NCBI GenBank assembly: GCA_016191105.1
Contig: JACPPH010000002.1
Span: 141,931 to 205,930 of the forward strand
DNA: 64,000 nt
Direction: 5' to 3'
Origin: Candidatus Saccharimonadota bacterium
GTDB taxonomy: Bacteria > Patescibacteriota > Saccharimonadia > CAILAD01 > BJGX01
The notes beneath the pieces are model-generated. The model did not search any database. It saw only the letters and a program-made list of their open reading frames with translations, and was not told the DNA's origin. The position numbers and the translations under genes are program-made. Below, one piece after another: positions 1 through 9,011 of the stretch (positions within the stretch are counted from its first letter, which is position 1; each line of letters opens with the position of its first letter).

Positions 1-1584
1 CAAGGCCTGTGTTAAATAAGGTTCTGGCAAAATTTGTTGGAGCTCACCTTGCTGACTATCGTCGATGGAGTTATTAATCTCCTCGATTTCAGCCCTGGCG
101 GCAGTTTCAGTTAATTCTTGCAGCTCATTTTTAAGTTGCCCAGGGGTTAAAAGCGGCTCAACAAATGAATACTCTGGCACATGTTTAAATGTCTTCGCGA
201 TTTCGGCCAGCTTAATTTTAAGCTCTTGCTTAGTGGTGTCACTGACTTTTAGTCTACAAAGCTCGAGTCTCATCTTTTGATAATCGTGCAGGGCTTTGGG
301 TGTGGCCACAATATCTATAACCCTCTGAGCTTTGCTTGCAAACTTAGTTTCTACATATTCCTTAAACTTTGGGTACAAGATAGCATCGATGGCAACACCC
401 GTATACAGAAATACACTCAACTTAGTTAAGAATTCTCGGTAGCGTGTAAAAATGTCCTCATAGTTGCTAGGCTTGTCCTCCACAAACTTAATAACAGTTT
501 GGGCAAACTCTTTAAGTTTGTTGTAGCTATCGAGATGACTATTTAGTTTCTTTTTGGTATTAACGCCTTCCAGGCAGAGGCCAAGAATCTTTTTTGAACC
601 ACCAGCCTCAAGATAATAGGCCCTGGTTGTGCCCTCCACCGGGATGGTCACTACATCGACTGGCGCAACTATATTAGAGGTAAAGCGTACAATCTCATCG
701 CGCTGCAATGTGGCCGGTCGAGCGATGGTTTTTACACAATGGCTAAAGAACTCCGGTAGCTCAGCGCCCGCACTATTAAGGGTTGTGATTGGGCGAGATT
801 GCACAATATAGATTTGTTGATTCTCGATTGCAAACTCAATGTCTTGTGGCGCATCGTAATAATCTTCAATTTGCTTGCCCTGCTCTACCAGCTTTTGCAG
901 CAATGCTTTTGACAGAATCTGTCCTTTTTTGGTCACGACAGCTTCTGTGTTTTTGCCATCTTTATATACAAGCATTTTGGCCTGGCGGTGCTTTGTATGA
1001 TATATTGCACTGCCCGTCTTTTTATCGACGGTGTAGCCTTCTGGAGTTACTAAGCCCTGTACCAGCAACTCGCCCAAGCCATGGATCGCCTCAATTACCA
1101 TTTGTTCTGGATTGCTACTAAGCGGATTTGCGGTAAACATTACTCCAGACACTTCGCTATCGACCATCTTTTGCACAACTACAGCTACGGCCTGCTGTTT
1201 TTTGGGTATATGGTGATCTTTGGCATAACTTTGGGCGCGATCAGACTCTATCGACTGCCAGCAGTGCTTAATGGCATCGAGCAAGCCTCCTCTGTCAACA
1301 TTGAGCTCGGTATCGAGCTGGCCCGCCCAAGAAGCGCCTGCGGCATCTTCGGCAATTGCTGAAGAGCGTACAGCTACTCTTTCGGCACCTAGCTTATCAA
1401 ATACTGCGTAGATCTCTTTTGTGAGGCCGTTAGAGTCAACTAGGCTTTTATTAAACGACGCTGTGGTAATTACAAACCCTGGCGGAACGGCCAATCCGGC
1501 ATTCGTCATCCGCCCCAACGAAGCACCTTTGCCACCAACCTCATTTACGTTGGTTGCTTCTTCTAGAAAAACCACACTTTTCAT
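1..1584 (-). CDS. PEP/pyruvate-binding (PPDK_N, PEP-synthase-like ATP-grasp) domain protein; C-terminus lies beyond the left edge
   Basis: Absent from the ORF track because there is no stop in the window. My reverse-strand translation from ATG (1584-1582) gives MKSVVFLEEATNVNEVGGKGASLGRMTNAGLAVPPGFVITT..., the conserved N-terminus of PEP synthase / pyruvate phosphate dikinase nucleotide-binding domains. The frame stays open to position 1. Confidence 0.75.
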   Translation of the reverse strand, partial: MKSVVFLEEATNVNEVGGKGASLGRMTNAGLAVPPGFVITTASFNKSLVDSNGLTKEIYAVFDKLGAERVAVRSSAIAEDAAGASWAGQLDTELNVDRGGLLDAIKHCWQSIESDRAQSYAKDHHIPKKQQAVAVVVQKMVDSEVSGVMFTANPLSSNPEQMVIEAIHGLGELLVQGLVTPEGYTVDKKTGSAIYHTKHRQAKMLVYKDGKNTEAVVTKKGQILSKALLQKLVEQGKQIEDYYDAPQDIEFAIENQQIYIVQSRPITTLNSAGAELPEFFSHCVKTIARPATLQRDEIVRFTSNIVAPVDVVTIPVEGTTRAYYLEAGGSKKILGLCLEGVNTKKKLNSHLDSYNKLKEFAQTVIKFVEDKPSNYEDIFTRYREFLTKLSVFLYTGVAIDAILYPKFKEYVETKFASKAQRVIDIVATPKALHDYQKMRLELCRLKVSDTTKQELKIKLAEIAKTFKHVPEYSFVEPLLTPGQLKNELQELTETAARAEIEEINNSIDDSQQGELQQILPEPYLTQAL

Positions 1585-1598
1585 GACTTTATCATATC

Positions 1599-1622
1599 AA
1601 AAAAGAGGCCAGATGGCCTCTT
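1599..1622 (-). terminator. Rho-independent terminator downstream of tRNA-Glu
   Basis: 8-bp stem AAGAGGCC (1603-1610) / GGCCTCTT (1615-1622) with a 4-nt loop. Read on the minus strand the stem runs into CTCTTTTTTG (T-tract). Confidence 0.6.
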
Positions 1623-1632
1623 GAATTATTCA

Positions 1633-1707
1633 TGGTGATCCCACGGGGAGTCGAACCCCGGTTGCCAGGATGAGAACCTGGTGTCCTAACCACTAGACGA
1701 TGGGACC
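1633..1707 (-). tRNA. tRNA-Glu (anticodon CUC)
   Basis: Reverse complement GGTCCCATCGTCTAGTGGTTAGGACACCAGGTTCTCATCCTGGCAACCGGGGTTCGACTCCCCGTGGGATCACCA folds as a cloverleaf. It has a 7-bp acceptor stem, anticodon stem CCAGG/CCTGG, loop TTCTCAT (CTC), T-arm CGGGG-TTCGACT-CCCCG and an encoded CCA. Confidence 0.9.
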
Positions 1708-1990
1708 TCGTCTAAACTGTGCTTCGATAGCTATTGCAAACTTCTCGGGTTTGCAACTTATATTCTCGCACTGTTTCTCCTTTCGATTCAAATTTCTTCG
1801 ACAATTTGAATCGGTCAACAGCTATCGCAAAGAACAAATTTCATTCTCTGTCGAGTCGGGGTAGCTGCAGCAAAGTAAAGTCAGAACACGACCTTAACAT
1901 AAACCTAAGCTCATTTCAATACTAGCATCGTGCTTAGCATAGGCGTATTATAAATCCAAGTTTTGTTTTTGTGAGTTCGATAATGTGGAG

Positions 1991-2019
1991 TTGACAATAA
2001 GGGGGTATTTTCGTATTAT
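1991..2019 (+). promoter_or_regulatory. Consensus-like sigma70 promoter (P1) upstream of nrdAB
   Basis: TTGACA (1991-1996), a 17-nt spacer, then TATTAT (2014-2019). It is followed by an AT-rich 9-bp inverted repeat TTTTTTAAC/GTTAAAAAA (about 2034-2056). Confidence 0.5.
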
Positions 2020-2076
2020 GTTCGTAAGCATAAATTTTTTAACGTGTGTTAAAAAAATCCTTGACGAACATCTAAT

Positions 2077-2125
2077 ACTCTATATATAGTGGTAATGCTT
2101 ATAGTTCTTACGCTATATGTAGTGT
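2077..2125 (+). promoter_or_regulatory. Tandem NrdR boxes overlapping a second promoter (TTGACG at 2061-2066, TATATA-rich -10)
   Basis: ACTCTATATATAGTGG (2077-2092) and ACGCTATATGTAGTGT (2110-2125) each match 14/16 of the published NrdR palindrome acaCwAtATaTwGtgt. They lie 17 bp apart, 40 bp upstream of nrdA. Confidence 0.7.
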
Positions 2126-2165
2126 TTGCTGCTTATAAAACATAAAAAAATGGAGGGTTGACGAC

Positions 2166-4955
2166 ATGGCTTTTACGCATATTAAAAAACGCAACGGACA
2201 AACGGCCGAATTTGACCGAGCACGGATTGAAATTGCGATTGGTAAAGCCAACGATTCGGTTGAGGGCGAGATTGCCAAGGGCGCTATAACGCCGCTGGTC
2301 GATGGCATTGTGGCCCGTCTCGATCAGGAGTTCGACGATGTCTTGCCCGATGTCGAGTCGATCCAAGACCTTGTAGAGCAAGCATTAATGCAAGCTGGTT
2401 ACTATCGCACCGTGCGCAGTTACATTCTTTATCGTGAGCGGCATAGCCAAGAGCGGGTCGAAGCTCAAGAAGAAATCATCCACAAACTCGAGCAAAAGCA
2501 ACTAACAGTTGTTCAGCACGACGGCAAAAAAGAAAAGTTCTCCGAAGAAAAAATCGCTCAAACCATCCAAGCTTATACCAAGGATCTCAAACATGTCGAC
2601 GTGCCCATGCTGGTAGGCGCAGTTAAGATCAACCTCTACGACGGCATTGTAGCCGATGAACTTTACGACGCTATTATTGTGGCCGTACGCTCATTTATAG
2701 AACGTGACTACGAGTACTCGCTTTTGGCGGCTCGGCTGCTACTCAATAAGCTCTATTACGACATAATTGGCCCCACTACTCTAACCCGATTCGGTTCGAC
2801 CTACAAAGACGGCTTTGCTAACTACATTCAAGAGGGCGTTAAAAATAAGCTTTTGCTGGTTGAAATGCTAAACTTTGACCTCGAAGAGTTGGCTGGCTAC
2901 CTCAAACCCGAGCGCGATGAAATTTATAGCTTTATGGCTTTGCAGTCTATGTATGGTAATTATTTCTTGCGCCCGGAGCGCGAGAGCAAGACTGTTTTGG
3001 AAACACCTCAATTCTTCTGGATGCGTGTGAGCATGGGTATGGCCCTGAATGAGCCAGTCGAAAACCGCACCGAGCTGGTGAAAAAATTTTACGATATGGT
3101 CTCAACCAAGCGCTACACACCAAGCTCGCCTACTCTATACAACTCCGGCACCTCATTCCCGCAAATGAGCTCGTGCTTTTTAAACACTGTCGACGACGAT
3201 CTCGACCATATCTTTAAGGTCTTTCGTGACAACGCCATGATGAGTAAATTTTCGGGCGGCATTGCCACCGATTGGACCAACATTCGCGGTACTGGCTCAC
3301 TGATCAAAACTATCAACATCCCCTCGCAGGGCGTGATACCTTTCTTAAAGATTGCCAACGATGTTACCATTGCCATTGCGCGCAGTGGCCGCCGGATTGG
3401 TGCCACCTGCGTATACCTAGAAAACTGGCACTACGACTTCGAAGACTTTTTGGAACTGCGCAAAAACACTGGCGATGAGCGCCGCCGCACTCACGACATG
3501 AACACTGCCTCTTGGGTGTCAGATCTATTTATGAAGCGTGTGGCTCAAGACGGCCAATGGACCATGTTCTCGCCTAGTGAAGTGCCTGAATTACACGACC
3601 TATACGGCAAGGAATTTGAGGAAAAATACGTCGAGTACGAAAAAATGGCTGATAATGGTGACATTAAGATGTTCCGACGCACTTCGGCTACTCAGCTCTG
3701 GCGCAAGATGCTAACTATGCTATTTGAAACTGGCCACCCGTGGTTGACGTTTAAAGATGTTTGTAACCTGCGCTCGCCTCAAGACCACGCTGGTGTGGTG
3801 CACAACTCTAACCTATGCACCGAGATTACCCTAAATAACTCGGCCGACGAAACCGCCGTTTGTAACCTGGGCTCAGTCAATCTCGCAACTCACGTTAAAG
3901 CTGGCAAGCTCGATACTAAGATGCTGTCAGAAACTGTCGCTTGGGCAATGCGCATGCTCGACAATGTGGTCGACATTACCTTTTACCCGACCGAAGAAAC
4001 CAAGACCTCTAATATGCGCCACCGCCCGGTCGGTTTGGGCATCATGGGCTTTCAAGATGCTCTTTACAAGCTAGACATTCCGTTTGAGTCTGAGGCGGCC
4101 ATAAAGTTTGCCGATGAATCGATGGAGCTAATTAGTTACCACGCCATTATGGGTTCGGCTAACTTGGCTCGTGAAAAAGGTGCCTACTCGAGCTTTAAGG
4201 GCAGTAAGTGGGATCGCGGCATATTCCCGATCGACACCATTGAGCTAGTTGAAAAAGAACGTGGCCAAAAGATCGACGTTAGCCGCACTGGCAAGCTCAA
4301 CTGGAAACCTGTGCGCGAAGCCGTTAAAAAGTATGGCTTGCGCAACTCCAACACCATGGCCATCGCCCCAACCGCCTCAATTGCCAATATCAATGACTGT
4401 TATCCTTGCATTGAGCCGATCTACAAAAATCTGTATGTAAAATCGAACATGAACGGCGAATTCACGGTTATTAATCCGTTCTTGGTCGAAGACCTTAAAA
4501 AAGCTAAGCTTTGGAACGACGACATGATTGAAAAGCTTAAGTTCCACGATGGCAGCATTCAAAAGATTACCGAGATTCCGCAAAAACTGCGCGACAAGTA
4601 CAAAGAAGTTTTTGAGACTGATTCTAAGTGGCTAGTGCGCGTAGCTGCCTACCGCGGTAAGTGGATCGACCAGAGTCAAAGCTTTAATGTTTTTGTACGC
4701 GGCGTTTCGGGCAAGGCCTTGAGCGAAATCTACACCTACGCCTGGAAGATGGGCCTCAAAACCACCTACTATCTGCGCTCACTGGCAGCCAGCCAGGTTG
4801 AGAAGTCCACAGTTGATACCGGTAAGTTTGGCAGCACCCACAAGCGTGATTTTAGCGCCATTGCCGTCGAAACTGTCGAAACTGCTCCAGTGCCGGCGCC
4901 AATTGCCGAAAACGCTCCAGTTCCGAAGCAACAATCAAGTAAATCTAAAAAATAA
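2166..4955 (+). CDS. nrdA: Class I ribonucleotide reductase, alpha subunit, with N-terminal ATP-cone
   Basis: 929-aa ORF with SD GGAGGG. ATP-cone start (HIKKRNGQTAEFDRARI), catalytic-core strings (NLCTEI, PTASIANI) and a C-terminal redox tail. Followed by nrdB. Confidence 0.95.
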   Translation: MAFTHIKKRNGQTAEFDRARIEIAIGKANDSVEGEIAKGAITPLVDGIVARLDQEFDDVLPDVESIQDLVEQALMQAGYYRTVRSYILYRERHSQERVEAQEEIIHKLEQKQLTVVQHDGKKEKFSEEKIAQTIQAYTKDLKHVDVPMLVGAVKINLYDGIVADELYDAIIVAVRSFIERDYEYSLLAARLLLNKLYYDIIGPTTLTRFGSTYKDGFANYIQEGVKNKLLLVEMLNFDLEELAGYLKPERDEIYSFMALQSMYGNYFLRPERESKTVLETPQFFWMRVSMGMALNEPVENRTELVKKFYDMVSTKRYTPSSPTLYNSGTSFPQMSSCFLNTVDDDLDHIFKVFRDNAMMSKFSGGIATDWTNIRGTGSLIKTINIPSQGVIPFLKIANDVTIAIARSGRRIGATCVYLENWHYDFEDFLELRKNTGDERRRTHDMNTASWVSDLFMKRVAQDGQWTMFSPSEVPELHDLYGKEFEEKYVEYEKMADNGDIKMFRRTSATQLWRKMLTMLFETGHPWLTFKDVCNLRSPQDHAGVVHNSNLCTEITLNNSADETAVCNLGSVNLATHVKAGKLDTKMLSETVAWAMRMLDNVVDITFYPTEETKTSNMRHRPVGLGIMGFQDALYKLDIPFESEAAIKFADESMELISYHAIMGSANLAREKGAYSSFKGSKWDRGIFPIDTIELVEKERGQKIDVSRTGKLNWKPVREAVKKYGLRNSNTMAIAPTASIANINDCYPCIEPIYKNLYVKSNMNGEFTVINPFLVEDLKKAKLWNDDMIEKLKFHDGSIQKITEIPQKLRDKYKEVFETDSKWLVRVAAYRGKWIDQSQSFNVFVRGVSGKALSEIYTYAWKMGLKTTYYLRSLAASQVEKSTVDTGKFGSTHKRDFSAIAVETVETAPVPAPIAENAPVPKQQSSKSKK

Positions 4956-4976
4956 AACTTTTAAGGAGAATATGTA

Positions 4977-6011
4977 ATGCCACTTACTAAAACTACTAAG
5001 CGTCCCGACATCAATAAGCGCCGGATTATCAACGGCGTTGATGCCGATGTGGTGCAGCTGCACCCTATGAAACACAACTTTGCTTGGGAGGCCTATAATA
5101 CCGGCAATGCCAACCACTGGCTGCCAACCGAAATTGCTATGCAAGACGACATAGAGATGTGGAAATCGGGCAAGCTGACCAGCGACGAGCGCTTGGCTTT
5201 CGAAACAGCCTTGGGCTTTTTTACCACCGCCGACTCGATTGCCGCCAACAATCTAGTGCTAGCTTTTTATCGACACGTTACTAGCCCCGAGGTGCGCATG
5301 TACTTACTGCGTCAATCTTATGAGGAGGCCATTCACACTCATGCCTATCAGTATATTGTGGAAAGTTTGGGCCTAGACGGTGGTAAGATCTTTAATATGT
5401 ACCGCGAAAACGCCTCGCACTTTTCGAAAGCTGACTTTATTTTGACTTTCAACGAGGGTGTGTATGATCCTAAGTTCAAGACCGGCACCTTTGAGGCCGA
5501 TCAGAAATTTTTAGAAAATATGTGCGTGTTCTCGTTGATTTTGGAAGGCATATTCTTCTACTCCAGCTTTGCTGTGATATTTGGTTTTCAGCGCCAGCAC
5601 AAGATGACCGGCAGTGCCGAGCAGATTCAGTACATTATGCGCGACGAGACTGTGCACCTCAACTTTGGCATTGATATGATTAACACCATTAAAGATGAGC
5701 AGCCCGAACTCTGGACCAAGGACTTTCAAAAACGCATTGTTAAGCTGGTAAAAGATGCTGCTAAGCTCGAATACGCCTATGCCAAGAACGTTTTTCCACG
5801 CGGCATATTTGGTATGAACGCCGATGGCTTTCGTCAATACATAGAGCACATTGCCGACCGTCGCCTAAGTCGAGTCGGCCTGCCGCCTCAGTTTAATGTC
5901 GACAATCCATTCCCGTGGATGAGCGAAGCTGTCGACCTAAGTAAAGAAAAGAACTTCTTCGAAACTCGAGTAACCGAATACCAAACCGGCGGCACTCTTA
6001 ACTGGGAATAA
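4977..6011 (+). CDS. nrdB: Class I ribonucleotide reductase, beta subunit
   Basis: 344-aa ORF with SD AAGGAG, starting 22 nt after nrdA. Ferritin-like di-iron motifs are present (EEAIHTHAY, RDETVHLNF). Confidence 0.95.
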   Translation: MPLTKTTKRPDINKRRIINGVDADVVQLHPMKHNFAWEAYNTGNANHWLPTEIAMQDDIEMWKSGKLTSDERLAFETALGFFTTADSIAANNLVLAFYRHVTSPEVRMYLLRQSYEEAIHTHAYQYIVESLGLDGGKIFNMYRENASHFSKADFILTFNEGVYDPKFKTGTFEADQKFLENMCVFSLILEGIFFYSSFAVIFGFQRQHKMTGSAEQIQYIMRDETVHLNFGIDMINTIKDEQPELWTKDFQKRIVKLVKDAAKLEYAYAKNVFPRGIFGMNADGFRQYIEHIADRRLSRVGLPPQFNVDNPFPWMSEAVDLSKEKNFFETRVTEYQTGGTLNWE

Positions 6012-6012
6012 G

Positions 6013-6657
6013 CTAGATCAATTCTCTCTTGTCATCTGAAACGACGACAGCTTGATCGTCATTGATTGATACCACTTCCACTCCTTTGGCATTGAACGAC
6101 TCTTTGATTGATGCAATTATGTAGCCATACTTTTGGCTGTCGGCGTGAACAAGCGGTTCAAAATCAACCAAATTAAGTCCCTCCCACATAGCTTCGGGGG
6201 CCTCTTTTGGATCATCTGCTAGGTCAAAATATTTTAGCGATGGGCTCAACACGATTGCGCCAGCACTTCCGCCGCCAATAACTAGCCCGTTATTAGCCTC
6301 TTTGGCGAGAATCTTGTCTGCGCCAACCTTGTGCAACCAATATCTTAAATAGAAGGTGTTTCCGCCACCCATAAACACCCCGTCGGCAGATTTGATCTTA
6401 TCTAGCAATTCGTCTTGCTTGTTTACATAGTTCCTTAAATCTATTGCCTCTTACTTAATGTCGTAATCGCCTAAAATGGCATCATCCCTGTTGCGCTGGG
6501 TTACAAACACGCTGCCCTTATAATCTGAGGCATTATGGATCGTTAAGACAAGTGGCTTTTTTTGTCCACTTCGCTCTGTAGCCAAAAGCTTTTTGTAAAC
6601 AGGTATTAATTTGTCAGGAAGCTGAGCTAAGTTAAGAGACGAAAGAAATAGCTTCAT
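6013..6657 (-). pseudogene. S51 (peptidase E-like) peptidase gene interrupted by one in-frame TAA
   Basis: ORFs 6451-6657 and 6013-6408 are in the same frame. Translation across the gap reads ...GDYDIK-TAA(6453-6451)-EAIDLRNYVNKQDELLDKIKSADGVFMGGGNTF...GGGSAGAIV, one continuous peptidase E-like sequence (GGGNTF motif and SAG nucleophile). Confidence 0.7.
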
Positions 6658-7229
6658 ATGATCTCCATGATAGCGCTTAAGTACTCTTTTTGACCAATGT
6701 CGTGTTTGCCATTTGGGACTACCTTAAGTGTTGATTCTCTAATGACGGAATTTGCACGTTTGGCTACAGTCATCATTTCCGGTTCCCTTACTGATTCCTT
6801 TTCTCCAACAAGCAAAGTGGTTTTAGATTTAATCTTTTTGCCAGCTTCTAATAAAGAAAAGCTCTTAAAATCGGCCGCTCTATGTTTTCCAATGGATTTG
6901 GCCCAGCTGTCGGGAATCGTCTCCATATCTTCTGCAAAGAATGGTGACAAGGAACACAATACCAGTCTGTCTGGGCAGAACTTAGCTGCGCTTATAGTGG
7001 CTATCATCGCCCCAAACGAAAATCCTAGTACCAGGTTGAAGTCTCCACTTTTTGAGTTATATAGTTCGTTGAATTGAACAACATAGTCGCTCATTATTTT
7101 ATATCTCCAGTCAATATTGACCTTAACGGTCTCAAAAGACTGTTGTGCTAGCCTCTTTGAAATTTCATCGACACCCTTTCTTTCAGGTGTTTCGGTATAG
7201 CCTGGGACTATGAAAGCTACTTTTTTCAC
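6654..7229 (-). CDS. Small alpha/beta-fold hydrolase
   Basis: 191-aa ORF with nucleophile elbow GFSFG and a late His (NGKHD). It has 4-nt overlaps with both neighbours. Confidence 0.6.
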   Translation of the reverse strand: MKKVAFIVPGYTETPERKGVDEISKRLAQQSFETVKVNIDWRYKIMSDYVVQFNELYNSKSGDFNLVLGFSFGAMIATISAAKFCPDRLVLCSLSPFFAEDMETIPDSWAKSIGKHRAADFKSFSLLEAGKKIKSKTTLLVGEKESVREPEMMTVAKRANSVIRESTLKVVPNGKHDIGQKEYLSAIMEII

Positions 7230-8647
7230 AATAGATTTTTAGCCGTTTCTAACCTTTTCAGTGACTCTTCTTTACCCAGAGTTGCAAAGATATCAAAAAG
7301 ACCTGGAGCCTCGGTGCGGCCGGTTAGGGCTATGCGTAAGGCATAAAATAGATTTCCGGTGTTTATATCACCCGCTTCGGCAAGTTTGCGTAGGGCTTTC
7401 TCGATAACATCGTGATTAAATTCAACATCTTTAAGATCGCTGGCAACAACCTCTAGCCAATTCTCAACATCTTCTGGCTTATCTTTCTTGGTTAGCAGCT
7501 CCTTATCAACTTTTGGCTCAGTAAAAAATATCTCCATAAGATACTCGGCGTCACTTAGCTTCTTTATACGGTCTTTATCGAGCTCTACAACTCGAGTTAG
7601 ATAATCGTTGTGTTTGTACCAACTCGCCGGCAAAAACGGCTCTAAGCGCTTTAAAAGCTCGTCTGTGGGTAACTCGCGTATGTATTCGCCATTCATCCAG
7701 GCCAGGCGATTAATATCAAATACCGCCGGGCTTTTTTGTACTCTATCCAAACTAAAACGTTTCACCAGTTCATCGTGGCTAAATATCTCTTGCTCGGTGC
7801 CGTCGTTCCAGCCTAAAAGTGCCAAAAAGTTCACCAGTGCCTCTGGCAAATAACCCTTTTCCTTATATTCCAAGACATCGACATCGCCATCGCGTTTACT
7901 GAGCTTCTTTTTGCCATCGGGGCCTAAGATTGGTGGCATATGCACAATTGTGGGTCGATCAATCTTTAGTAAGTCGTACAGTGCGGCATACTTTGGCATG
8001 GAGCTAATAAACTCATCACCACGAATAATATGGGTAATTTTCATTAGGTAATCATCAACAATATGGGCAAAGTTATAAGTTGGAAAGCCATCGGCCTTGA
8101 TTAGTATAAAATCATCTATTAGTTCGTTCTTTGTCTCAAACTCGCCCCTTAGCTCATCTTTCCACTTTGTGACTCCGGCTGGGACCTTCAGCCGTACTGG
8201 ATAACCATTCGTTTCCTTTGAGTGCTCTTCAGGCTCCATATTTTGTTTATAGACAAATGGCTTCTTGGTATCGATTGCGGCAGCTTTATGTGACTGAAAC
8301 TCTTCAGGGGTAATGTATGAATAATAAGCATTTCCCTGCTTAATTAACTTTTCGGCAAATTCTTGATAGTTTGGCAACCGCTTCGACTGCACATATGGAG
8401 CATGCTCGCCCGTTTCGGTATACCACACCCCTTCGTCGGGCTTAAGGCCAAGCCAATCAAGGCTTTTAACTATATGTGTGGCACCCCAGTCTACAAACCG
8501 CTCTCGATCAGTGTCTTCGAGGCGTAGAATAAAGCTACCCTTTTGATTTTTGGCAAATAAGTATGCAAACAGTGCTGTGCGAACATTGCCAACATGCAAA
8601 AACCCAGTTGGACTGGGTGCAAAACGAGTTCTAACAGGCTTGCTCAT
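7226..8647 (-). CDS. gltX: Glutamyl-tRNA synthetase
   Basis: 473 aa. N-terminus RTRFAPSPTGFLHVGNVRTALF (HIGH region) and KLSKRDG (KMSKS). Confidence 0.95.
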   Translation of the reverse strand: MSKPVRTRFAPSPTGFLHVGNVRTALFAYLFAKNQKGSFILRLEDTDRERFVDWGATHIVKSLDWLGLKPDEGVWYTETGEHAPYVQSKRLPNYQEFAEKLIKQGNAYYSYITPEEFQSHKAAAIDTKKPFVYKQNMEPEEHSKETNGYPVRLKVPAGVTKWKDELRGEFETKNELIDDFILIKADGFPTYNFAHIVDDYLMKITHIIRGDEFISSMPKYAALYDLLKIDRPTIVHMPPILGPDGKKKLSKRDGDVDVLEYKEKGYLPEALVNFLALLGWNDGTEQEIFSHDELVKRFSLDRVQKSPAVFDINRLAWMNGEYIRELPTDELLKRLEPFLPASWYKHNDYLTRVVELDKDRIKKLSDAEYLMEIFFTEPKVDKELLTKKDKPEDVENWLEVVASDLKDVEFNHDVIEKALRKLAEAGDINTGNLFYALRIALTGRTEAPGLFDIFATLGKEESLKRLETAKNLL

Positions 8648-8675
8648 AGCTACATTATAACAAAATGGAACCCGC

Positions 8676-9011
8676 TTAGCTCAACAGGTCTTCGGCCTGA
8701 ATCTCGTTCCAGTAGCCGTCGGGTTGCCCGCGGTAGAAAACTACTTTTGTAGATGTTTCTTCTGGGTCGTAAACATACTGAACGCGATTGGCGCTACCAG
8801 TTTGATGATAAAAAGTTTTCTTATCAATAATTACTGGCCCGGCAATTCGCTCAATCTTATACTTAACATTGTCTTTCTCAAACTCAATACTCTCGACAGT
8901 TCGAGTAAGGTCTTTGTTGTCTTCGAGTGGTTCGGTTTTGCGGTTGGAGTTGTCGATTTGATATTTTTCATCTATCAGATCAATTAACTCGTCCCAGGCA
9001 CGATTGGTCAT
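8676..9011 (-). CDS. Hypothetical protein
   Basis: 111-aa ORF translationally coupled (4-nt overlap) to the upstream gene. No recognisable motif. Confidence 0.5.
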   Translation of the reverse strand: MTNRAWDELIDLIDEKYQIDNSNRKTEPLEDNKDLTRTVESIEFEKDNVKYKIERIAGPVIIDKKTFYHQTGSANRVQYVYDPEETSTKVVFYRGQPDGYWNEIQAEDLLS

